Assembly: GCA_038087875.1 (NCBI GenBank)
Contig: JAXLNO010000700.1
Span: 1 to 64,000 of the forward strand
Reading direction: 5' to 3'
DNA from: Malacoraja senta
Lineage: Eukaryota
Length of the DNA: 64,000 nucleotides
Part shown: positions 11,195 through 23,279 of the stretch, in pieces
Position numbering within the stretch: position 1 is the stretch's first letter
Layout: the number at the start of each line of letters is the position of its first letter
Notes under the pieces: model-generated
Told to the model about the DNA's origin: nothing
Seen by the model: the letters and a program-made list of their open reading frames with translations, nothing else
Databases searched by the model: none
Translations under genes and position numbers: made by a program

Positions 11195-13680
11195 GACACT
11201 AAATGCTGGAGAAACTCAGCAGGACAGACAGCATCTCTGGAGAGAAGGAATGGGTGACACTTCAGGTCAAGACTCTTCTTTTGACTGAGAGTCAGGGGAG
11301 AGGGAAACTAGAGATATGGAAGGGATGGTGATTATGGAACTGTAGAATGGTTCATTGTTGGCTGAGGGGAAGGTATCAACGAAGCATGCAAACAGTAACA
11401 TTAATCAGGAGGACAGTGCTGGGATTGAACCCGGAACACTGACGGATAGGCCTGAAGGAGGACATGCAAACTCCACACACACAGATCAAAACAGATGATG
11501 ATCAAGGAAATGTAGAATCGTTCATTGTTCGCTATGGGGAAGGTGACAACCAGGCATACAATCAGTAAAAACGCTTAAGGTCAAGATACCGCCGCTGTCA
11601 CCGCACCCCGTCCACAACCGTCTCCCGCGCCTGCGTCTTCGCCCGTCCCTGGCATGCTGGGAGTTGGAGTCCATTCCACTGCGCCTGCGCGTTCACCCTT
11701 CAGTGAAACAATGCGTTTCGACGTGCGCATTGTCTGCACTTTGTATCTTTTGTTTTTAATCGCAAACCAGCATCTGCAGTTCCTATTCTGTAGGAAGGAA
11801 CTGCAGATGCTGGTTTAAACCGAAGGTATACACACACAAAGCTGGAGTAACTCAGGAATGGGTCTCGTTTCGGGTCAACATCCTTCTTCAGACTGCTCCT
11901 CTAGTATCTTTGGTCCAAACACTCTGAGTCTAAAGAAGGGTCTCGACCCGAAGCATCACCCATTCCTTCTCTCCAGAGATTCTGCCTGGCCTGCTGAGTT
12001 ACTCCCGCTTTTTGTGTCTACCATCTGCAGCTCCTGTTGATGTTTCTTCATCATTTTGTTCATGGTTTGACCAGAGGAAGGAACCGCAGACTTGTGTATC
12101 TAACAATGAGTTTCAATGTCTGTATGTGTGCATTTTTTGTTTTTCCCGTAAACCAGCATCTGCGGTTCCTATTGATTTTTCTTCATTCATTATTTCGTTC
12201 ATGTTTTGAGCAAAGGAAGGAACTGCAGATGCTGGAACTGCACAAAATGCTGGTGCAACTCAACGGGACAGGCAACATCTCCGGAGAGAAGGAATGGGTG
12301 ACGTTTCGGGTCGAAACCCGTTGCTGTCTGTTCCGCTAAGTTACTCCAGCATTTTGGGTCTATCTTCGGTGTAAACCAGCATCTACAGTTCCTATTGATG
12401 TTTCTTTGTCATTTCATTCATGTTTTGACCAAAGAAGGGAACTGCAGGTACACAAAAATGCTGGAGAAACTCAGCGGGTGCAGCAGCATCTATGGAGCGA
12501 AGGAAATAGGTAACGTTTCGGCCCGAAACGTTACCTATTTCCTTCGCTCCATAGATGCTGCTGCACCCGCTGAGTTTCTCCAGCATTTTTGTGTACCTTC
12601 GATTTTCCAGCATCTGCAGTTCCTTCTTTAACAAGGGAACTGCAGATGCAGGTTTACTCAATCATGCAGGGGTTAACTTGTTTAAAATAGAGCAATTGCA
12701 ATATCTGAAGTAGAAGGGTTAACATGCACAAAACACTGTTCAGCAGCCCTTATGAGAAATACAAATCGGCTTTTCTTACTATTATTGCCCTTCAGGATTA
12801 TTTTAAAAAAACAAGACTTACAAATAAGATTTTAATCATATATACCTCTCCGTATTTGAACAGATGGCAATAGGCTTGACTTGTATAATTTGCCTAATAT
12901 TGGTTCGTTCGACGATAAAACAAAGCTTGGAAATCAGGCAAAAAGGATATCTGTGAGACTGAAATAATGAGAGGATAATTCAAAGACTGCAGATGCTGGA
13001 AACTGGAGCAAAGCAAAAGTTGTTCCGGGAACTCAGCGGGCAGCATCTATGGAGGCAAAAGGGTAGTCAAAGTTTTGGGCTACAATTCTGCATCAGGAGA
13101 TCGTACAGTTATATGGCTCATAGAATCCATTACAATGTTGGCTTCTGTCAGCTGAACTAGCACAAATCAACTCTGCACAAAGTGCTGGAGGAACAATGCA
13201 TCAGCAGCATTTGTGGAGGGAATGGACAGGCGACATTTTGAGTTAGGACCCTTAACACCCTGTCAATCTCTCAGTCTGATATATTTTCGAACATATAATT
13301 ATGGCGACACTATTGCAACATCGATAACGTGCCAGACTAATTGGAGTTATAATGTTATGTCTTGCTTACCTTTCAATGTGTAGGTGAGTGGAAACAATGT
13401 TGTATAGTAGCAATACACTAATGTTTCATCTTTGTACCAATAGACTATTTCTCATGTATGTAGGAAAGAACTGCAGATGCTGATTTAAATCGAAGGTAGA
13501 CACAAAATGCTGGAGTAACTCAGCGGGACAGGCAGCATCTCTGGAGAGAAGGAATGGGTGACCTTTCGGGTCGAGACCCTTTTTCAGAGTCAGACTGACC
13601 CGAAATGTCACCCATTCCTTCTCTCCAGAGATGCTGCCTGTCCCGCTGAGTTACTCCAGTATTTCGTGTCTACCTCCGAG
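11195..13680. repeat. Cluster of short Penelope-terminal-repeat-like elements, mostly as inverted pairs
   Basis: Recurrent gaactgcagatgctgg...gctggagtaactcagc...gcagcatct...gacgtttcgggtcgagaccctt and its reverse complement. Also at ~8870, 22562-22765, 45050-45320, 57880-58940, 60505-60600 and 63110-63420. Confidence 0.7.
11600..11700 (-). promoter_or_regulatory. Probable CHUK promoter / first non-coding exon
   Basis: CpG-rich patch about 1.7 kb upstream of the ATG. It has a ZNF143/THAP11-type motif (minus strand gactccaactcccagcatgc, 11652-11671), an NRF1-type tgcgcctgcgc (11680-11690) and a possible gtgaca donor at ~11601. Confidence 0.6.
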
Positions 13681-16009
13681 TATTTTTCATAGGCTGTTAC
13701 ATAGGATCCATCCCTCAATAGCCTGTGGTAGTAGGATTCTGCGTTGCAGTCCTTTCCCTCAGAGTACGGTGCCGGGACAACAACAACCAAACCCCTCGCT
13801 GGACCTTCTTGGTAAACAGTTACAGAGTCAGACATAGATAGGAAAGTCTCTTTAGCCCAATTCGACCTTGACGACAAGGATGCCTTTTCTCAGTGAGTCT
13901 CATTTGGCCCGGACCCTTCAAAGCTTTTCTATCTATTCGCCTGTCCAAATGTCTTTTAAATTTTGTTATTAAAGAAGGGAAGACTACTGTCTTATCCGCA
14001 CCGCAGCCAACTCTGTGATTGGCGAGAGGAAGAAGCTGTGCATTAAAGGTGATGATCTGATCGGGCGGGCTTTTTTCAAGGGCAATGAAGTTTAAAAACT
14101 ACAGGGGACTGGTTAAGATAAAAGTTGAAAGAATTAAAGGGATCTGGGGGACCATTTTTTCCACATTTCCTCGTTTTTTTAAAAACTTGAGGTGTGTTTT
14201 TTAGTCGAGGCGGGTCATTTCCTTGGTTTTTTTTACTCGAGGTATATTTTGTAAAATGTTAAATAAAGATAAAACACATATATGATACAGGAAATATGTT
14301 ACATGAATACATGACATTGTGTCATCAAATCAATATGTTCAATTTACAAAGCCCATTAGCACTGAGATATATTGACAACATATCGGCTCCTGACAATGAA
14401 CATTCTAAGATGCTCACATTTTATTTCTGAATAACAATAAGATTTAGTGTAGAAATTATATTTTATTCGATTTTTTTTTTTTAAATTCAAGTATTTTTCA
14501 ATCGAGGTGGTTGGTTCGATGTTTCTTTGTTTACTCGAGGTAGCTTTACAGTCGATGTGAATTTTTTACTTGTGGGAGTTTTTACTCGAGGTGTGTTTTT
14601 TAGTCGAGGCGGGCTTTTTACACGTGTTTTTTACTCGAAGTATATTTTGTAACCTGGTTCGTTTTTTTACTCGAGGTGTCATTTTTACTTGAGGCTGGCT
14701 ATTCATTTGTTTTTTTAATACTCAATGCGTTTTTTTAAACCCGATGTATGTTTATTAACTCGGTGGGAAATGTGTACTTAACTCGAGGTGTTTTTTTGTA
14801 CTCGAGGCGTCATTTTTACTCGTGCATTTTTACTCGATGTGCGTTTTTTTAAAATTCGAGGTGGCTTTAGAGTCGATGTTAGTTTTATTGTTGAGGTGTG
14901 ATTTATAGTTGAGGTGTGTTTTTAGTCGAGGTGGGCTTTTTAGTCCACGTGGCTTTTTACTCCTGTTATCTTTTACTCAAAGTATAATCTTAGTCAGGGG
15001 GGATTTTTACTCTTTCTATCAGTGGTGTGTTTTTTTTGTTTAAAACTTTGTTGTTAGTCGAAGTGGGCTTTTTACTTTTTTTTTGTACTGGAAAGGTTGG
15101 ATTTTTACTCCAGGTGTGTTTTTAACGTGTGTTTTTTACTCGAGCCTGGCTTTTTACTCCAGATGGGTTTTTTTTAGTTAAGGCGGGCTTAATACTAGTG
15201 GTTTATTGAAATGGGTTTAACCCAAGCTGTGCTTTTTGCTCGTTTTTTTCACTCGTTAGTTGTTTTCCTCAAGGTGATTTTGTAACTGGGCGGTGGTTGT
15301 TTGGTCGGGCATGGATGTTTAGGTGGGCTGGATGTTTACTGGAGCAGGTTGTTTACATAAGGGGTTGTCCACTCGAGCTGTACTTGCGACGCGCGCGGGC
15401 TTCGGACACTTTCTCCGCCTCGGTTTCCCGCTCAAAATACCGTTCGTCCTAATTGGACGAAGCCCGGGGTCCGATCAGCGTTGGGGGCGGGTGCTGCGAG
15501 TGTTTAAAAGGCGGACGGGTCCGGTTCCCGCCTCCAGTCACGGAACCGCAGTGGTGAAGAAGCATCGTGATGGCCAGCTTTTTTTAACTCGAGGTATGTT
15601 TTTTTTACCACGGTGGGAATTTTAGTCGAAGCGGCTATTTTTAAATGATTTTTTTTCCTCAAGATGGGTTTTTTTTTGTCGAAGCCAGCTTTTAAAAAAA
15701 AAAATTATTTAAAAAAAAAATATTTTGAATAATATTTTTATTGGAGGCAAATACATATCATATTGAAAACATTTCATGTATTTCATTTCTAGATTACTAA
15801 TATTATCAAACGTTATTCGTGTTGTCTCCAATAGTTTTTTTTAATAGATAGAAAGTAAGAAAGTAGCAGAATGAAAGAAAAGAAAATAAAGACATAGAAA
15901 AAAAAAAGAGATAATAAAGAAGAATGGAATAACTTACTAAAAATACATCATTAGAGATATATTCGTACATTTCAAAGTATAACTTTTCATCTAATCCTTG
16001 GCTCGAGTT

Positions 16010-19000
16010 TTAACCAGGTTCTCGTGTCGAACCAGTCTGACCCTTCAGATAATCAATAAATGGAGACCATGTTCTGATAAATAATTCTTGTTTGTCCATT
16101 AGGACAAGTCTAATTCCTTCCAAATGTAAGGTCTCCAACATTTCTAAGATCCACATTTTAATTGTGGGGGTTATTGGACCTTTCCAAAATTTTAGTATTA
16201 ATTTTTTTCCAGTTATTATACTATAATCAATAAAGTTTCTTTGAGTTGTTGTAAATGTTTGCTTTTGTACTAATATTCCTAGTATTATTAATTTTGAATC
16301 AGGATCCAATTGAGTGTTGACAACTATAGATATTATTCTAAAAATATTTGCCCAGAATTTTTTAATTTTTATATAATTCGCAAATGTATGAGTTAAGTTA
16401 GCATCTAAATGTTGACATTTATCACAAATAGGGGAGATATGTGGGAAGATTCTATTTAGTTTTGTTTTAGAATAATGTAATCTATGTAGTACTTTGAATT
16501 GTATTAGAGAGTGTCTGGCATTTAATTAACATTGATGTATGTGTTGTAAACTTTCTTCCCAAGTATCTTTCGTTATTGTTTGATTTAGTTCCTTTTCCCA
16601 TGTTTGCCTATATAAGTCCGTCGATGGTATCGCACTATCTAATAAAGTATTATATATGTGAGATATTAATTTTTCTGTATTAGGATGTTTATTCAAACAG
16701 TCATCAAGGATTTCTGAATCTCTAGTTCAAAAGTTTTGAGTATTTGCTTTAACATAATCTCTAAGTTGTAGATATCTGAAAAAATCATTTAAGTGGAGTC
16801 CATAAGTCTGTTGTAGCTCCTGAAATGAAAGAAATGTGCCTTTCTTATAAAGTTGTCCCATCATTTTAATTCCATAATTTTTCCATTGTATGAAACCTTT
16901 ATCCAACCAAGAAGGTTTAAATAAAGGGTTATTCACAATGGGAAGAAAAAGTGATAAATTATCCAATTTTAATGTCTTTTTTAATTGTTTCAAAATTCAC
17001 ATACCACTGTATATTATAGGATTTTCCCTATAAATTTTTTTGTTCAATTTCGAAGTAGCAAATAGCATCGAGCCAATTTCAAAGGGTAAACAATCTTCCT
17101 TTTCCATTTTTAACCATTCCGGTTGTTGGTCTATTTCTTCCAACCAAAAATTCATATTTTTAATGTTAACTGCCCAAAAATAAAACAAAAAATTTGGTAA
17201 AAGTAAACCTCCATTTATTTTTGATTTGCACAGATTTTTTTGCTTATCCTATCATTCTTATAATCCCAGATAAAATCAGTGATAATGGAATCCAACTTTT
17301 TGAAGAAGTTTCTTGGCAAATATATCGGAATTGTTTGAAAAAGGTATAATATTTGCGGTAAAAAAAAAATTATGGCATAAATTTTACCAACCATTGAAAT
17401 AGGAAGTGTTTTCCAGTACTGAATATTCTTATGTAGTTTATTCAGTAAAGGGGGGGGATTTAATTTAAATAATGATGCATATGTCTTAGTGACATAAATT
17501 CCTAGATATTTAAAATTTTCATTTACTAATTTAAACGGGAATTGTTGTAGTATATGTGTATTATGTTCCCTTATTGGCATAATTTCACTTTTATTCCAAT
17601 TAATTCTGTATCCAGAAAGTAAACCAAGTTGAGTTATTAAATTTAATAAATTTGGAATACTAATTTCTGGTTTTGTGATGTAAATTAATACATCATCTGC
17701 GTATAGAGAAATTTTATTCACTGTGTCTTTAGTGTTATACCCGTATATTTCCGGGTGGGTCCTAACTCTTTCAGCAAGTGGCTCAATAGCAAGTGCAAAT
17801 AATAACGGAGATAACGAGCATCCTTGTCTACAACCTCTAAATAAATTAAATTTAGATGATAGCCTTTGATTTGTTAATATTCTAGCTGTTGGGTTAGTAT
17901 ATAAAAGTTTTACCCATGTACAGAATTTCTCACCCAATTGCAATTTTTCCATCACCGAAAATAAATAGGGCCATTCAACCTGATCAAATGCTTTCTCAGC
18001 ATCAAGTGAGATTATTGCTAGGTCTTCGTTAGTGATTCTCTTTGAATATATTATATTAAATAATCGTCTCAAATTAAAATATGAATACCGTTTCTGAATA
18101 AAGCCTGTTTGGTCAGGGTGTATTAATTTATTCATCACTGTACTTAATCTGTGTGCTAGAATTTTAGTTAATATTTTCTGATCTGTATTTAAAAGAGCAA
18201 TTGGTCTGTATGATCCTGGATCTTCGGGATCCTTATCAGCCTTTGGTATAAGTGTTATTATAGATTCGTTTAAGGTATCTGGCAATTTCTGTTGAATATA
18301 AGTTTTTGTAACCGTGGGGAGACCAAATCGTAAATTTTTAAATAAAATTCAGAACCTAAACCATCTGGGCCGGCTGCTTTACCATTTTTTAAAGATCTAA
18401 TAGACTCTTCAATATCTTTTACCGTGATTTCAGCTTCTAGTAATTCTCTGTCTTTTAAGTCTAAACCTTTTAGATTGCATTTTTGTAAGAATTCTAATAT
18501 TCCTTCAGGCTGTTCTATAATTTTAGTTGAATAAAGATTTTGATAATATTGGAGAAATCTCTCATTTATATCCTTGGGCAGTGTTAGTAATTCTCCCGTA
18601 TCTGATCTAATTTTGTGGATTGTTTTTTCCCCCTCCAGTTTTCGAAGCTGACGTGCTAATAGTTTTTGTGGTTTGTTTCCGAATTCAAAATGTAATTGTT
18701 TAGTGTGCTGGTAGAGTTTTATTACTTGTTCTGAGTACATTTTATTTAATTTATATTTCAATAGAGCAATTTTATTATGTTTTATCATAGATGGCATTGC
18801 CGCATTTTCTATATCTAGTTGCTTTATTTCCCTTTCCAGTGTCTGTTGTTTAATCCGGTTCTCTTTATTATAAAGAGGAAATTAATGCACCTCGTACAAA
18901 CGCTTTAAATGTTTCCCAAATAAGAGAGGCAGATGTTCCAGGGGTATCATTAGTCTAAAAAAATTTATGAATCTGTTTAGTAAGATATTCCTGACATGAT

Positions 19001-19830
19001 CTTTCTTTTAAAATTTGGGGGTTAAGTCTCCAATATGTTTGTTTCTCGGCCATTCCATTTAATTTAATCATAAATGTTAAAGGTGCATGGTCTGAGATTA
19101 TAATATTATGATATTTCGAATTGTAAGTAAATGGGATGAGCATAGAGTCTACTAAAAAATAGTCTATTCTTGAGTAGGTTTTATGTTTTATGAGTAGGTT
19201 TTATTTACCGGAGAATAAAATGAATATTCCCGTCCGGTTGGATTTTCGATTCTCCAGACATCCTTAATATTAGTGGAAATAATGAATGAGTTTAGAAATT
19301 CACTTGATTGATATTTTACTTTTTTTTGCCTTGATGATCTATCTAAATAAGGGTCTAGTGTACAATTTAAATCTCCTCCAATTATTAATTTATATTGTGT
19401 AAATTCTGGGATTGTATTAAATGTTTTCTTAAAAAAACATTGGACTATCAAAATTAGGTCCATAAACATTAAGAAGAATCACTTTTTTTGCGTTTAACTC
19501 TCCAACTAATACAATATATCTACCGTCAATATCCGCTATAGTTGATGTATGTTTGAAAGGTATCCCTTTACGGATTAATATTGCAACTCCTCTGGATTTG
19601 TGTGAAAAAGAGGAATGATACGTTTCAGCAATCCATTTAGCTTTTAGTCTATGTTGTGATTCCTTTTTAAGGTGGGTTTCTTGAAGGAATATTATATCTG
19701 TCTTAAGTGAATTTAAATGTGCTAAAACTTTACCTCTCTTAATTGGTTCATTAATTCCCTTAACATTCCAACTACAAAAAGTTATTCCTTCACCCCCTCT
19801 TGTCATATTACCATCTTGCATATTATTTCT
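16010..19830 (-). pseudogene. L1 ORF2 (APE endonuclease + RT), multiple frameshifts
   Basis: SWNVKGIN, FLQETH, GGDLN, ISDHAP, YRPIALLN, SLDAEKAFD, QGCSLSPLLF, YADD and YLGI spread over several frames. Confidence 0.95.
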
Positions 19831-20789
19831 AGGGTGGTCTGTAGAAGAGCAGAAGGTACAACACACAAAACCTGACCTTAGCCCCGAACATCAGATAGAT
19901 GAATTTTAAATCTCGTACATCGCTCTTCCGAGTATGTCTCCTTAAATTAAACTTATGATTCCATTCAAACTTAAAATTATAATAATATTTAAAGTGAGAG
20001 AAGTAATATAATAGATTAGTGAAGCGTGAAAGAAAGAAAACTACATCTACAGTTAGTGTAGTTAGTGTTAGCCACACTAGCGTGGCTAGCATTCTAAAGA
20101 CTTCCGTAGCCTTTGTAAAAAAAAAAATCCTAGCTCTGTGCTTTCCAAAAATAGAACATCTTTTTAACAATAAGACAATTCCTTGGGGAGTAACAAAACA
20201 TTTTTAAACAAAAAAAATTCATAATTCATTAATAAGAAACATTATTATTCTCTAAATACCGTATTAATATCGTTTTTAAGTATATATTTTTAATTTTAAT
20301 CGAAAAATAAGGAGGAAAAACGTCAACCCTTATTAATAAATGGGCTAAATTAACTCTTACTTATAATCATATAACATATATTCCTACGGTCGTATTTTAA
20401 CTATTTCTACGTTAACCAAATACTGTTAGTTATTAATCATTGTTAGTAGTCATTCGTAATAATGAATGTTTATAAATGGTATAAATGTTAATAATAATAG
20501 TGATATTTAATAATTATTAGTAGTTAACTATAATATTAAAATGTATATATAATAATTAGTAGTAATAATTGGTAACAATTAACAATAACTAGGGTATTAT
20601 TGTTCTATATTAGTTTTACTAGAGAAAAAAAAAGGTGGAGAAAAAGAAAAGAAAAAAAAAAGTTTTCTCCACTGTCCATATCAATTTTCAATAGTCCTTA
20701 ATTATAACACTTTAAAGTTCTTTAAAGTTCCTTTTAGACCTGGACGAGGTCTCGCTGCTCATTGACACCTGGGGTGTGATGTACATTGT

Positions 20790-21842
20790 TCAGTCTCTGG
20801 TCACGTTCCCAATATTTTTGGCGAATTCAAGTGCTTTTTCATGGTCTGTGATGAGTTGCTCCGTCCCATTGTAGGTGACTCTTAGTGTTGTGGGATACAT
20901 CAAGCCATATCTCAGATCAGGTATGTTCCTCAGTATTCTTTTTGTCTCAGTAAACAGCGCTCTCTTCTTGAAGACCTCCGCTGGATAGTCTCGGTAGATG
21001 CTGATCCTCTCTCCTTCAAAAGTGAGCTCTCTGTTACGGACAATTTTCTTCATCATATCATCCAATTCGTGATCGTATTGTACCTTTACTATAAGTTGTC
21101 TTGGGTGAGCATCATCTCGTGGATGACGCCCCTGCGCTCTATGTGCTCGACCTAGTAAAGGCTTTTGATTCAATTTTAAGGCTTTTTGTAATAAATCTGC
21201 CGCAAAATCCCGAGGGTCACGACCCTTCTCTCTTCCTTCTTTGACACCTACAATTCTTAAGTTCTGGCGTCTTTGACGCCCCTCCAGGTCAGTACACATT
21301 TCATTTAGCTTGCTCACCATTTCGGAGATGCGTTGATTCTCGGTAAGGAGTCGTTTTGTAGTTTCCGCACTTGTCGCAGCACATTTCTCTAGCTCAGTTA
21401 TTGCTGCATTTTGTTGATCCAATATCTGATTGATGGGGTCCAACTTATCAGTAAGGTTTGATTCCATCGAATTAATCTTAACGTTCACCTCTTCCATCTG
21501 ATCATTGAGACTTTCTTCCATAGACTGCTTCCAATCATCCAGTATGCCATGGACCGTGTTAATCATTTCTTCTTTAAATTCTTCCTTAAAAGAGTTGAAT
21601 TCCACTTTAAAATTCAATCTTTCCTCAAAAGCTTTCAGCTGCACTTGTATATTTTTCATTTCTAGGGAGAGAAAATTTCGAAGTTCTTCCATTTCCGATT
21701 TTTTTTGCCTTGGCTTCTTCGATATGTCTTCTTGGGACATCGTTGTACCTGAGGCCGAGGCCTCAGTTGGGCCTACCTCTTCCGCCGGTTGTCTGGTCTT
21801 ACCGACCCTTTTTATCTTGGGGGGGGTATGTTGCATCGACAT
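20790..21842 (-). CDS. L1 ORF1p (coiled coil + RRM + CTD), 350 aa open
   Basis: DLEGRQRRQNLRIVGVKEG, GRAHR, PRQLIVK, IYRDY and YGLMYPTTLRV motifs are typical of L1 ORF1p. Confidence 0.92.
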   Translation of the reverse strand: MSMQHTPPKIKRVGKTRQPAEEVGPTEASASGTTMSQEDISKKPRQKKSEMEELRNFLSLEMKNIQVQLKAFEERLNFKVEFNSFKEEFKEEMINTVHGILDDWKQSMEESLNDQMEEVNVKINSMESNLTDKLDPINQILDQQNAAITELEKCAATSAETTKRLLTENQRISEMVSKLNEMCTDLEGRQRRQNLRIVGVKEGREKGRDPRDFAADLLQKALKLNQKPLLGRAHRAQGRHPRDDAHPRQLIVKVQYDHELDDMMKKIVRNRELTFEGERISIYRDYPAEVFKKRALFTETKRILRNIPDLRYGLMYPTTLRVTYNGTEQLITDHEKALEFAKNIGNVTRD

Positions 21843-23279
21843 ACAGGTAAAGTCGCGCGCCTGATGACATCACTCGTTGCAGGCAGCCGTTCAAGTCGCA
21901 ATCGCCACAGGTAAGTCCCGATTTTTCTCCCGTTTTTAAATTTGCAGCACGGAGCTAGCTGACGCTGGGCTTTATGCCTCCATTGCGCCACCGGAAGTCT
22001 CGAAGTTGGCGGCGGGTGCTGCGAGTGTTTAAAAGGCGGACGGGTCCGGTTCCCGCCTCCATTCACGGAACCGCTGTGGTGAAGAAGCATCGTGATGGCC
22101 AGCTCTTTTTAACTCGAGGTATGTTTTTTTTACCACGGTGGGAATTTTAGTCGAAGCGGCTATTTTTAAATGATTTTTTTTCCTCAAGATCTTTTTTTTT
22201 GTCGAAGCCAGCTTTTTACTGGAGATGGGCATTTGCTTAGTCGAGGCGGGCATTTTACTTGTGCTTTTTTTACTCACGGTTTAAAAAAAAACTTTACTCT
22301 GTTTTGTAACTCAATGTACTTTTTACTCGAGGCTTGTTTCTCAGTAAGGTGGGAATTTTACTCGTTCTTTGTGACTCGGCGTGTGTTTTTTAACTCAAGG
22401 TGTGTTTTTTTCACTCGATGTGATTTTTGTTTATTTTATCTCCTAGTTTATTTTACTCGGTGCGTTGTTTACCTCAAGTTGTGTTTTTTAGTCGTGATGG
22501 TTTTTTTAGTCGAGCCGAGCTTTTTACTCGTGATCTCTATTTACTCGACATGTGTTTTTAACTGGAGAAACTCAGCGGGTGAGGCAGCATCTATGGAGTG
22601 AAGGGAATAGGCAACGTTTCAGGTCGAGACCCTTCTTCAGACAAGAAGGGTTTCGGCCCGAAACGTTGCATATTTCCTTCGCTCCATAGATGCTGCCTCA
22701 CGCGCTGAATTTCTCCAGCATTTTTGTCTACCTTCGATTTTCCAGCATCTGCAGTTCCTTCTTAAACATGCATTTTAGCTCGTGTGATTTTACTTGACCT
22801 GTGCTTTTTGCTCGAGTTAGTTGTTTTACTCGAGGAGTTTTTGTAACTGTTTAGTCGGGGTGGTTGTTGAGAGGTTGATGTTGAGTCGGGTAGGTGTTTA
22901 GGCGGGTAGTTGTTTACTGGGGCAGGTTGTTTACATGAGGGGTTGTCCGCTAGTGCTGTACTTGTGGCGGGCACGGGTTTCGCCGACAGTGAAAACTTTC
23001 TCTGCTTCGGTTTCCCGCTCAAAAATCCCCACATGACGAAGCCCGAGGACCGATCAGCGTTGGTTACTTCTTTTTACTCGAGGTATTTTTTTTATAACTC
23101 TATGTTCTTTTTACTCGAGTTCAGTTTTTATTTACTTTAGGCGGGCTTTTTACTCGTTTTTTTAAATCTAAACTCGGGGTGTGTTTTGTAACTCGGCGTG
23201 TTTTTTACTCGAGGTTGGTTTTTTAGTCAATTTTTCTCGTTCTTTGTGTCTCGAGGCGTGTGTTTTAACTCGAGGTGAT

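Larger units (their letters stand above)
15722..21999 (-). mobile_element. Full-length L1-clade LINE (ORF1 intact, ORF2 frameshifted)
   Basis: 5' end gacttccggtggcg, ORF1, ~0.9-kb AT-rich inter-ORF, APE + RT + Cys-rich ORF2 fragments, aataaa near the 3' end. Confidence 0.95.

Noticed and set aside
13690..13880. Minus-strand ORF (…GLVVVVPAPYSEGKDC…)
   Set aside because: No recognisable family, and it runs into repeat sequence; possibly an old LINE fragment.
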